A stretch of 64,000 nucleotides of DNA, taken from contig CATKDT010000043.1 in NCBI GenBank assembly GCA_949746675.1, positions 24,820 to 88,819 of the forward strand, given 5' to 3'. The DNA comes from an uncultured Clostridia bacterium (GTDB taxonomy: Bacteria > Bacillota > Clostridia > TANB77 > CAG-508). Both the position numbers and the translations under genes were made by a program. Of this stretch, positions 9,392-18,400 are shown piece by piece (positions within the stretch are counted from its first letter, which is position 1; each line of letters starts with the position of its first letter). The notes under the pieces are model-generated. The model had not been told where the DNA came from, made no database searches, and worked only from the letters and a program-made list of their open reading frames with translations.

Positions 9392-10084
9392 TTAGTTATT
9401 GAAATAATCCATAATTCCATTAAAAATCCCCCAAGCAAGTTTGTCTTGATAATCATCTTGAACAAGTTTATTTGCTTCATTCTTATTCGACAAAAAACCA
9501 CATTCAACAAGAGCAATAGGAATTTCTACGTTTTTCATAATATAAATATTGTCGATTTTTAATGGAACACGTTCATTATCGTTGGAAATAACTTTATTTA
9601 GATTATCCTGAATATCAATAGCTAACTTTTTAGAATTCTCATCACCTTCTCTAAAAAAAGTTTGCCATCCCCAATATTGTTCTTGGGGAATTTTATTTAA
9701 ATGAATAGAGACAAAAATATCAGCAGATGAAGAATTACCAATTTTGACTCTATTTTTAATATCAGAAACTTTTTTTTCAGCAATACTATCAGCACTAGCA
9801 TCGTAAATAGCACTGTCACTAGAGCGCGTAAGTATAACTGTTGCTCCACTACTTTCCAATAAATTTTGAAGTTTTAAAGCAATATTTAAATTAATTTTAG
9901 CCTCAGTTAAACCATCACTATTTTGTGCACCCTCATCAGGAGTACCATGTCCTGCATCAATAACCACTACCTTATTAGATACAGGAACAGACATAGTTTC
10001 AACAACTTTAAATTTAGGAGTACTAACATAAGACAAAAAAATTGAAAAAACAACAAAACAGCAAATAAAAGAAATACGTTTCAT
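9392..10084 (-). CDS. cwlD: N-acetylmuramoyl-L-alanine amidase, CwlD-like (Amidase_3)
   Basis: 230 aa with an N-terminal signal/anchor, then VVIDAGHG...E....N(L)..A..L...L...G..V.LTR...SIHLN. Size and layout match the germination-specific CwlD. Confidence 0.75.
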   Translation of the reverse strand: MKRISFICCFVVFSIFLSYVSTPKFKVVETMSVPVSNKVVVIDAGHGTPDEGAQNSDGLTEAKINLNIALKLQNLLESSGATVILTRSSDSAIYDASADSIAEKKVSDIKNRVKIGNSSSADIFVSIHLNKIPQEQYWGWQTFFREGDENSKKLAIDIQDNLNKVISNDNERVPLKIDNIYIMKNVEIPIALVECGFLSNKNEANKLVQDDYQDKLAWGIFNGIMDYFNN

Positions 10085-10381
10085 ATATTTAATAAATCCT
10101 TTCTTAACACTATAGAATACTAAATATAATTATTCTTAATTTGTAAATTATATTGTAAAATATAAAATTTATTACAGTTTTTAATTTATAAATTAAAAAA
10201 ATAAAAGGTAGTCAAAAATTAATAAAAGTAAAGTTAGTTAAGATGTAAAAAACAACATAAATATTGACAAATTAACTAAAAAATGGTATTTTATAAATGC
10301 AAATAATTAAAAATATATTTCAAAAAATTAGATAATAAAAAAATTATCTAAAACTTAAGGAATATAAGAAAAGGAGAAAAT

Positions 10382-10948
10382 ATGAAAAAATCAACTATAA
10401 TTATAATATGTGTTATAGCAGTAATTGCATTACTTGGGATTGCTATAGGAGGTAGCTATAATGGAATAGTAACAGAAGAAGAAAAGGTACAAAGTGCTTT
10501 GTCAAATTTAGATGTAATGTTACAAAGAAGAGCAGATCTAATACCAAACTTAGTAAGTACAGTAAAAGGATATGCATCACATGAAACAGAGGCAATTGAA
10601 AAAGTAACATCAGCAAGAGAAAGAATGACACAAGCAAACACTGTATCAGAAAAAGCAAGTGCCAATAATGAATTAGCAAGTTCACTAAGGTCATTAATGG
10701 TAGTAGTAGAAAATTACCCAGACCTAAAAGCATCAGCAAACTATACACAACTATCAGATGAATTAGCAGGAACAGAAAACCGTATTGCAGTTGCAAGAAA
10801 AGACTATAATGATGCAGTACAAAAATTTAATACATCAATAAAAAAGTTTCCTAAAAGTATAATAGCAGGAATGTTTAACTTTGAAGAAAAACAATATTTT
10901 GAGGCAAACCCAGCAAATTTGGAGGTGCCAAATGTTAGCTTCGAATAA
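10382..10948 (+). CDS. lemA: LemA family protein
   Basis: 188 aa with an N-terminal TM, YNGIVTEEEKVQSALSNLDVMLQRRADLIPNLV and ARKDYNDAVQKFNT. Confidence 0.9.
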   Translation: MKKSTIIIICVIAVIALLGIAIGGSYNGIVTEEEKVQSALSNLDVMLQRRADLIPNLVSTVKGYASHETEAIEKVTSARERMTQANTVSEKASANNELASSLRSLMVVVENYPDLKASANYTQLSDELAGTENRIAVARKDYNDAVQKFNTSIKKFPKSIIAGMFNFEEKQYFEANPANLEVPNVSFE

Positions 10949-11870
10949 AAAATTAAAATTTTTATTGAAGATATTTATAATTATTATAATAATTATAGGT
11001 ACATTTAACATAAAATCTTTGGCAATTGTAAAACCAACAAGCCAATTTTATGTGAATGACTATGCAAATTTATTAAGTGAAGAAACAAAGAATTATATAA
11101 TAAACACCAATGTAAGTTTAAACAATCAGACAGGGGCACAAATAGTAGTAGTAACTGTACCAAACTTAGAAGGAAGAGCACTAGAAGAATACGCAACACA
11201 ACTTTTTAGAGAATTTGGAATAGGAGACAAAAACAAAAATAATGGTGTACTTTTACTATTAGCATTAGAAGAAAGGCAATTTAGAGTAGAAGTAGGCTAT
11301 GGACTAGAAGGTACACTAACAGATGGAAAAACAGGGAGAATTCAGGATGAATACATAATACCATATTTAAAACAAAATAATTGGAATGATGGAATTAAGA
11401 ACGGATTTAGTGCAATATTACAAGAAGTTGAAAAAGAATATAATATAAATGTTGGATCAGAAAATGCAATAAAAAAAACAAGTGAAACTGACGACATGTA
11501 TATTCCCTTTTTTGGCCTATTTATGCCACCAATTTCTATTATTGTAGGTCTTATAGATAGAAAATTAAAAAAGAAAAAGAAGTTATTATGCTTTATAACA
11601 TATATGAGTGTTCTTGCAATATCCTATTATATAACCAGTAGTATAATGGGAAGAACAGAGATAACAGGAAAACTAATAGGAACATTAGTATTTACAATAT
11701 TTAATATATTTTGGTTCGTAGTAGGACTATGTGGAAGAATTGACAGTGGATATGGAGGCTTCTATGGTGGAGGGCGTTCTTCACACAGCAGTGGTGGAGG
11801 ATTTTCAGGAGGAGGTTTCTCTGGAGGTGGAGGTTCTTCAGGCGGAGGCGGAAGCTCAAGAAGTTTCTAA
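10932..11870 (+). CDS. TPM domain-containing membrane protein (YgcG-like) with Gly/Ser-rich tail
   Basis: TPM motifs YVNDYANLLS, GAQIVVVTV and VGYGLEG, followed by TM segments and a GGGFSGGGFSGGGGSSGGGGS tail. The ATG at 10932 follows GGAGGTG and overlaps the lemA end; the track ORF opens at 10881. Confidence 0.85.
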   Translation: MLASNKKLKFLLKIFIIIIIIIGTFNIKSLAIVKPTSQFYVNDYANLLSEETKNYIINTNVSLNNQTGAQIVVVTVPNLEGRALEEYATQLFREFGIGDKNKNNGVLLLLALEERQFRVEVGYGLEGTLTDGKTGRIQDEYIIPYLKQNNWNDGIKNGFSAILQEVEKEYNINVGSENAIKKTSETDDMYIPFFGLFMPPISIIVGLIDRKLKKKKKLLCFITYMSVLAISYYITSSIMGRTEITGKLIGTLVFTIFNIFWFVVGLCGRIDSGYGGFYGGGRSSHSSGGGFSGGGFSGGGGSSGGGGSSRSF

Positions 11871-11924
11871 AAACAAATTACTCAAAATGAATAGTTAAAT
11901 TGTTACTTTAATAAAAATAATATA

Positions 11925-11960
11925 AAAAATGAACTCAATTGTTAGAATGAGTTCATTTTT
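11925..11960 (+). terminator. Rho-independent terminator
   Basis: AAAAATGAACTC (11925-11936) pairs with GAGTTCATTTTT (11949-11960). Confidence 0.65.
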
Positions 11961-12013
11961 GAATTAAGCTATTTATCGATATATACAATAATACAAAAAA
12001 TACCAAAAAAATA

Positions 12014-12042
12014 TTTACAATTTTAATTAGTAATGATATAGT
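12014..12042 (+). promoter_or_regulatory. Sigma-A type promoter
   Basis: TTTACA (12014-12019), 17-nt spacer, TATAGT (12037-12042). Confidence 0.45.
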
Positions 12043-12092
12043 ATAAAAGATAATAAAAATTGATATTTATAATTAAACTAAGGAGGATAGTT

Positions 12093-13415
12093 ATGGGATT
12101 TATTAAAGCATTTGCAGGAGCATTAGGTGGAGCTTTTGCAGACCAATGGAAAGACTTTTATATGCCAATGCCAAATATTTCAGCAACAGCAGCAATCTTT
12201 CCAGCAGTACCACAAGGGACAAATGCAAATAGAGGAGAAAATACAAAAGGTTCAGAAAATATTATTACAAATGGAAGCAAAATTATAGTACCAGAAGGAA
12301 CAGCATTAATTACAATGCAAGATGGAGCAATAACAGGACTTATCACAGAACCAGGAGGATTTATATACACATCAGATGATCCAAACTCAAAATCAATGTT
12401 TGCGGGAAATGGGATAATAGCATCAACATTTTCACAATCTTGGGAGAGATTTAAATTTGGAGGACAACCAGGCTCACAACAACTAACACTTTATGTAAAT
12501 TTGAAAGAAATACCAAATAATAAATTTGGAACACAATCAGAGATATATTGGGATGATGCATATTTAAATGCACAAGTTGGTGCCGTAACAAGAGGAACAT
12601 ATTCACTAAAGATAGTAGATCCAATATTATTTGTAAAAAATTTTGTACCAGCAACATATTTACAAGCAGATGCAAGAGTATTTGATTTTGCAGATATGGA
12701 TAATGACGCAGGAGCACAATTATTCAATGAAGTAGTAAGTAGCTTATCAGGAGCATTTTCAAATTATACAAATGATCCAACAAAAGGAAATAGAATTACT
12801 AAAATTCAAGGAGACCAAGTAGGATTTGCCCAAAGCCTATCACAAGTAGTAGAAAGTGGATATAGATGGAAAACAGACCGTGGACTTGAAATTGTTAGTG
12901 TAGCAATTCAAGCAATAGAGTATGATGAAGATACACGTGCATTATTAAGTGATGTAAAGAAAGCAGATGCTTTATCAGGTGCACGTGGAAACTCATTTAT
13001 GCAACAATCAGTTGCTCGTGGAATACAGCAGATGGGTGAAAATGGCGGAGGATCAGGAATGGCATTTATGGGAATGGGTATGAATGCAGCAGGTGGAATG
13101 ATGGGAGGAATGCAACAACCAGCTCAAACATACACAAATCCAAGTCTACAATTTAACAACCAACAACCAGCCCCAGAACAACAATTTAGTAACCCACAGC
13201 CAACTCAAGAAGAACAACAAGTCCAAAATCAACAACCAATTCAGGAAATAACACAAACTGAAAACCAACAATCAAGCCAAATACAAAATGCCCAAACAGT
13301 CGAAACACCAGTAGACCCATATGAAAATTTAGCAAAACTTAAAAAATTAGCAGACCAAGGAGTAATTTCACAAGAAGAATTCGAAAAAGCAAAAGCAAAA
13401 CTTTTAGGAATATAA
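12093..13415 (+). CDS. SPFH-like (YdjI / virion-core-protein-like) protein with Q/N/P-rich linker and C-terminal SHOCT domain
   Basis: Start MGFIKAFAGALGGAFADQWKDFY after AAGGAGG. The C-terminus LAKLKKLADQGVISQEEFEKAKAKLLGI is a SHOCT-type motif. The track ORF opens at 12060. Confidence 0.75.
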   Translation: MGFIKAFAGALGGAFADQWKDFYMPMPNISATAAIFPAVPQGTNANRGENTKGSENIITNGSKIIVPEGTALITMQDGAITGLITEPGGFIYTSDDPNSKSMFAGNGIIASTFSQSWERFKFGGQPGSQQLTLYVNLKEIPNNKFGTQSEIYWDDAYLNAQVGAVTRGTYSLKIVDPILFVKNFVPATYLQADARVFDFADMDNDAGAQLFNEVVSSLSGAFSNYTNDPTKGNRITKIQGDQVGFAQSLSQVVESGYRWKTDRGLEIVSVAIQAIEYDEDTRALLSDVKKADALSGARGNSFMQQSVARGIQQMGENGGGSGMAFMGMGMNAAGGMMGGMQQPAQTYTNPSLQFNNQQPAPEQQFSNPQPTQEEQQVQNQQPIQEITQTENQQSSQIQNAQTVETPVDPYENLAKLKKLADQGVISQEEFEKAKAKLLGI

Positions 13416-13433
13416 TTAAAGTAAACAACTAAA

Positions 13434-13477
13434 ACATACAAATCGTTGTTAGCAATATAAATAACAACGATTTATGT
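13434..13477 (+). other. Intercistronic stem-loop between the SPFH and zinc-ribbon genes
   Basis: ACATAcAAATCGTTGTTA (13434-13451) pairs with TAACAACGATTTATGT (13462-13477). No clear U tract follows. Confidence 0.4.
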
Positions 13478-13496
13478 TATGTGAAAGGATAAAATT

Positions 13497-14987
13497 ATGC
13501 AAGAAACTAATGGACTAGGACCAACAATAATCCAGAAAGATGCAGAAGCGAAGAATGAACCAGTAGTAATTCAAACAGATGTAGGTGTAAAAGATGGACA
13601 AAATAAATGTCCAAAATGTGGTGCTACAGATATAGCTCTAAATGCAAGAACAGGACAACTTAGATGTAATTATTGTAGGTATGAATTCAACGAACAACAG
13701 TTACAAGGAATGGTTACAGACTTAACTAAACTTCAAGGAGAGATAATAGGCTCAGGAACACAGGATATTAACAATGACATACAAAATGTAGTAACACTAA
13801 AATGTGAAAGCTGTGGAGCAGAAGTTGTAATAGATACAAATGAAGTAACACAAGCAAGATGTCATTGGTGTAGAAATACATTATCAATAAATCAGCAGAT
13901 ACCAAATGGAAGTATACCTGATATAGTATTACCATTTAAATTAACAAGAGAAGAAGCACAAAAATTAATAGGAGATTTTGTTGGAAAAAGAAAATTTTTT
14001 GCACATCCTAAATTTCGACAAGAATTTACGACAAGTAACATTATGGGAGTTTATTTTCCATATATGGTAGTTGATGCTAATGCACATTCAAATTATATAG
14101 GAAAAGGAGAACATTTAATAAGGACATACACAATAGGTAGCAGAGATCATAGAGAAACACGCTATGATGCTGACCTTTATCAAGTTGCAAGAGACTTTGA
14201 TATAACAATTGAAGGATTGACCATAGAATCAAGTTTAGATAAACTAAACCAAAAAACAAAAGACAAAACAAATAACATTATAAATTCTATAATGCCATTT
14301 GATATAGAAAATAGCGTAAGATGGAATGCAAACTATTTAAAAGGATATACTTCAGAAAAACGTGATACTAATATAGAACAGCTACGACCACTAGTAGATG
14401 AACAGATAAAAGATGTATCGAGATTTACAGCAAATAAGACTTTGAAAAATTATGATAGGGGTGTGTGCTGGGAAAGTGAAAAACTTGCACTAAGAGGAAA
14501 GCAGTGGAAAGCAGCATACTTACCTGTATGGATATATAGTTACCAACAAAAAAAGGGAGATAAATCAATATTACATTATGTAGCAGTAAATGCAAGAACA
14601 AAAGAAACAATGGGAAGCGTACCAATACATATGCCAAAACTGATAATAATGTCGATTTTAGTAGAAATTTTAGGATTAATAGTAATGACACTAATTGACA
14701 TAGAAAAGATTAGTTGGCTATTTCTATTTTGGGGAATAATATACTATTTTATAATGTATAGTAGATACCGTAATAATGACGCAAGACATCATCATGAAAT
14801 AGAAACAAAATCTACAATGTATAACTTAAAAACAATAGACAATTTTATAAAAAGAGAAAATGGATTATCGAACTCAAAAATAAGAGGATGTAATAATGAG
14901 AAAATAAGTGAACAAAATATAGAAAACAATATAATAGATACAATTAAAAAAAATAGTAAGATAAAAATAAACATAAACAATAAGTAA
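13497..14987 (+). CDS. Double zinc-ribbon membrane protein (YdjG-like)
   Basis: 496 aa with two CxxC...CxxC ribbons (CPKCG...CNYC; CESCG...CHWC) and C-terminal TM helices (LIIMSILVEILGLIVMTL; WLFLFWGIIYYFIMY). Confidence 0.7.
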   Translation: MQETNGLGPTIIQKDAEAKNEPVVIQTDVGVKDGQNKCPKCGATDIALNARTGQLRCNYCRYEFNEQQLQGMVTDLTKLQGEIIGSGTQDINNDIQNVVTLKCESCGAEVVIDTNEVTQARCHWCRNTLSINQQIPNGSIPDIVLPFKLTREEAQKLIGDFVGKRKFFAHPKFRQEFTTSNIMGVYFPYMVVDANAHSNYIGKGEHLIRTYTIGSRDHRETRYDADLYQVARDFDITIEGLTIESSLDKLNQKTKDKTNNIINSIMPFDIENSVRWNANYLKGYTSEKRDTNIEQLRPLVDEQIKDVSRFTANKTLKNYDRGVCWESEKLALRGKQWKAAYLPVWIYSYQQKKGDKSILHYVAVNARTKETMGSVPIHMPKLIIMSILVEILGLIVMTLIDIEKISWLFLFWGIIYYFIMYSRYRNNDARHHHEIETKSTMYNLKTIDNFIKRENGLSNSKIRGCNNEKISEQNIENNIIDTIKKNSKIKININNK

Positions 14988-15062
14988 AGTTTAAATAATA
15001 CTTAAAATATAAGAATTTTATGCCTTTGAGAAAGGAATGAGATTAAAAAGAATAATACGATA

Positions 15063-15313
15063 ATGGATAATAATATAGTAAATACAATAATTGATAAACT
15101 AAAACATACTAGGCTACTTGCTGGAATAGGTCTTATATCAATGTTTTTGGAACAATGTTACCATATATAAAATCATATTCAATATTTGGAGTGTCATTTA
15201 ATACGCAACCAAATAACTATAACCCCAATATATACAATCCAATGCAAAACAACTATAATCAAAACGAAAACACAACAAACAAAACTATAAATAATCAAAA
15301 TAATAATATGTAA
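15063..15313 (+). pseudogene. Small N/Q-rich membrane protein ORF, apparently split at a T5 run (or two tiny ORFs)
   Basis: ATG at 15063 reads MDNNIVNTIIDKLKHTRLLAGIGLISMF, then stops at 15168-15170. The -1 frame continues FGTMLPYIKSYSIFGVSFNTQPNNYNPNIYNPMQNNYNQNENTTNKTINNQNNNM* to 15313. The junction is the TTTTT run at 15144-15148. Confidence 0.3.
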
Positions 15314-15317
15314 ATAA

Positions 15318-15371
15318 AAAGATACGTAAAGCTGAAAAACGGTAATTTCAGTAAAACGTATCTTTATTTTT
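15318..15371 (+). terminator. Rho-independent terminator
   Basis: AAAGATACGT (15318-15327) pairs with ACGTATCTTT (15356-15365), with an inner CTGAAA/TTTCAG pairing, then ATTTTT. Confidence 0.65.
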
Positions 15372-15400
15372 GAATAAATTTCCACACTTTGGAGAAAATA

Positions 15401-15423
15401 TGTGAAAAACAAGTCAAAAAACT
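15401..15423 (+). promoter_or_regulatory. Direct-repeat motif TGTGAAAAACAAGTCAAAAAACT upstream of the glucan synthase gene
   Basis: Matches 51691-51713 at 22 of 23 positions with one 1-nt indel. The GT(G/C)AAAAA half-sites are about one helical turn apart. Confidence 0.4.
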
Positions 15424-15463
15424 GGCAAAAATAGAAAGAGAAATATAAGAAAGTGGGATTTTT

Positions 15464-18400
15464 ATGTCAAGAATATTAAACATAAAGGAAAATGTACTTA
15501 ATAAAAATGAATTAAAAGAATATTTGGCAAAACTTGCGTCAGACAATGTAATAACAAGTTCACCAGAAAAAAACACATATCCAATTCCAAGGTTAAAAGA
15601 AAACTGTGAGTATATATCATTAGTATATACTTTATTAAACAAGCACATAAAAATAGGAATACGAATACACTCAGCAGGAGAATGGATATTAGATAACTAT
15701 TATATAATTGAAAGAGCATATAAGATAATATCAAAGAATCTAACATTAAATAAATACATGAAGCTTCCAGGACTACGAAATGAAGGATTTGCAAGAATAT
15801 ACATGTTAGCAAATGAAATAATATCAAATACAGACGGAAAGATAAATCAAGAAGACTTAATAGAGTATTTAGAAAGTTACCAAACACAAAAAGAACTAGA
15901 AATGGAAGAAATATATAATATAGGAATATTTTTACAAATATGTATAATTGAAAAAGTTAGACGTATAAGTGAAAAAGTCTTTATATCACAGATGCAAAAA
16001 TATAAAGTAGATAATATAGTAGAAAGACTAATAGAAAATAAGCCAAGTAAGGAAATAAAATTAAAAGTAGAAGGCACATATCCATTTATTGAATATATGT
16101 CATACAAGTTAAAAAAGTATGGAAAAATATCAATTCCATACTTACAAATATTTGAAGAGCAAGTAAGAAAAATGGGACTAAGCGTGACTGATGCAATAAA
16201 CAGAGAACATTTTGATATAGCAGTAAAAAATCTATCAATAAAAAATAGTATAACAAGCTTAAAAATAATAGAAAGAATGGATGTAACAACAATATTCAAT
16301 AAGATAAATGTAGTAGAAGGAATACTTAATCAAGACCCATTGAATATCTACGAAGAGATGGATCATACAACAAAAGACTACTACAGACAAAAAATACTAG
16401 AACTATCTAAAAAAACTAAAGTATCAGAAATATTTATAGCAGAACAAGTATTAAAGCTTGCTCAAAATTCAACAAAAAACGATAAAATAGATGATTTGAA
16501 TGAAGAAACATCATATAACACCAAAGAAGAAATATTATCTCAAAATAACGAAAATAAAAACATATTAAGACAAAAAAAATCTCATGTAGGATATTACTTA
16601 ATAGATGAAGGAATAAATGAATTACTAACAATATTAGAACGAAAGAAAGTAAGGATAAAAACAGAAAAAGAAAGATCAAAAATATATATTGGGGCAATAT
16701 ACATGGCAACTATATTAATAACACTATTTTTATCATTAAAAATGGGTTATCTTGCATTACTATTATTCATACCAATACAAAATTTTGTAACACAAATAAG
16801 TCAATATATATTAAACAAAAAAGTACAATCAAAATTAATTCCAAAAATGGAAATACATGAAATACCAGAAGAATGTGCAACAATGTGTATAATACCAAGT
16901 GTTTTAAAGGACAAAGAAGACATCAAAGAAATAATAAACAAAATGGAAGTATACTATTTAGCAAACAAATCAAAAAACTTATATTTTACATTATTAGGTG
17001 ATTGTACAAGCGAAATGCAAGAAGTAACAAAAAACGACAAGGACATAGAAATAGAAGGAAAAAAGCAAGTAAAAAGACTAAACGAGAAATATGGAGAAAT
17101 CTTCTTTTTTGCATATAGAAAGAGACAATGGTGTAATACAGAAAGATGCTATATGGGCTGGGAGCGTAAGAGAGGAATGATTTCTCAATTCAATGAATTT
17201 TTAAAAATAGGAAAGTCAGAATTTAAAGTAAATACTTGTAAAAAGAATTTAAAGATTAAATATATAATCACAATAGACGAAGATACTAATTTAATACTAA
17301 ATTCAGTATTTAAATTAGTTGGGGCAATGGAACATATATTAAATAAACCAGAAGTCGACAAAATAAAAAATATAGTTACAAAAGGATATGGAATTATATC
17401 ACCTAGAATAGGATTAGATATAAACAGTGGAAGACAAACTACATTTACAAGATTATTTGCTGGAAATGGAGGAATAGATTTATATACAAATTCTATATCA
17501 GATGTATATCAGGATAATTTTAATGAGGGAATCTTTACGGGGAAAGGGATTTATAACTTAGACGTTTTTTACAAGATATTAAAAGATGAGATTCCAGAAA
17601 ATACAGTTTTAAGTCATGACTTAATTGAAGGAAGCTATTTAAAATGTGGACTAGCGACTGATATTACATTAATAGATAATTTCCCATCAAACTATATATC
17701 ATATAAAAAAAGAAAAGACAGATGGATACGAGGAGATACCCAAATATTAAAATGGATCAAATCAGAATTAAATGACTTATCAAAATATAAAATATTAGAC
17801 AATATATCAAGAAATTTAAATGAAGCATTTATATTTTTAACACTACTAATTGCAATATTAACTCAAAAGAACATAATAAACATAATAATTCCAATAATTT
17901 TACTTGCAGTTCCAATGATACTAAGATTATTTGACAACTTTGTACATCAAAGATGTGGAACACTAAAACACAAATTATTTGTATCAAATTTTTCAAAATG
18001 GAATCATTCAATATATAAGTTCTTAGTAGATTTTATAACATTGCCAGATATAGCATTTTTAGAATTAAGTGCAACATCAAAAGCATTATATAGAATGCAC
18101 ATATCACACAGTTTTTTATTAGAATGGACAACTGCGAGCTCAGCAGAAAATAATACAAATAATGACATAATTAGTTATATAAAATCAATGCAAATGCAGA
18201 TTATAATATCAATAATATTACTATTAAGTATATTTTTAAATATAATAAAAAATTTCAATATAAGTAATTTAATAGCAGCAATCTTTACGATAAGCTGGAC
18301 TTTAGCATTTTATCTAATGTACAATTTAGGAAAAACTAAGAAGACAAAAATAAACTTGGAACAAAACGAAAAAGAATACTTAACAAAAATAGCAAAGAAA

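Noticed and set aside
10328-10352. The inverted repeat TTAGATAAT-N7-ATTATCTAA in the lemA leader as an operator
   Set aside because: It is a perfect 9-bp arm pair but A/T-only, occurs once and matches no known motif. It may be real, but it cannot be distinguished from chance in this composition.
10881-10931. The upstream extension of the TPM gene, with the track ORF start at 10881
   Set aside because: It would overlap lemA by 68 nt and add a non-hydrophobic leader. The ATG at 10932 has a GGAGGTG SD and starts directly at the signal/anchor sequence.
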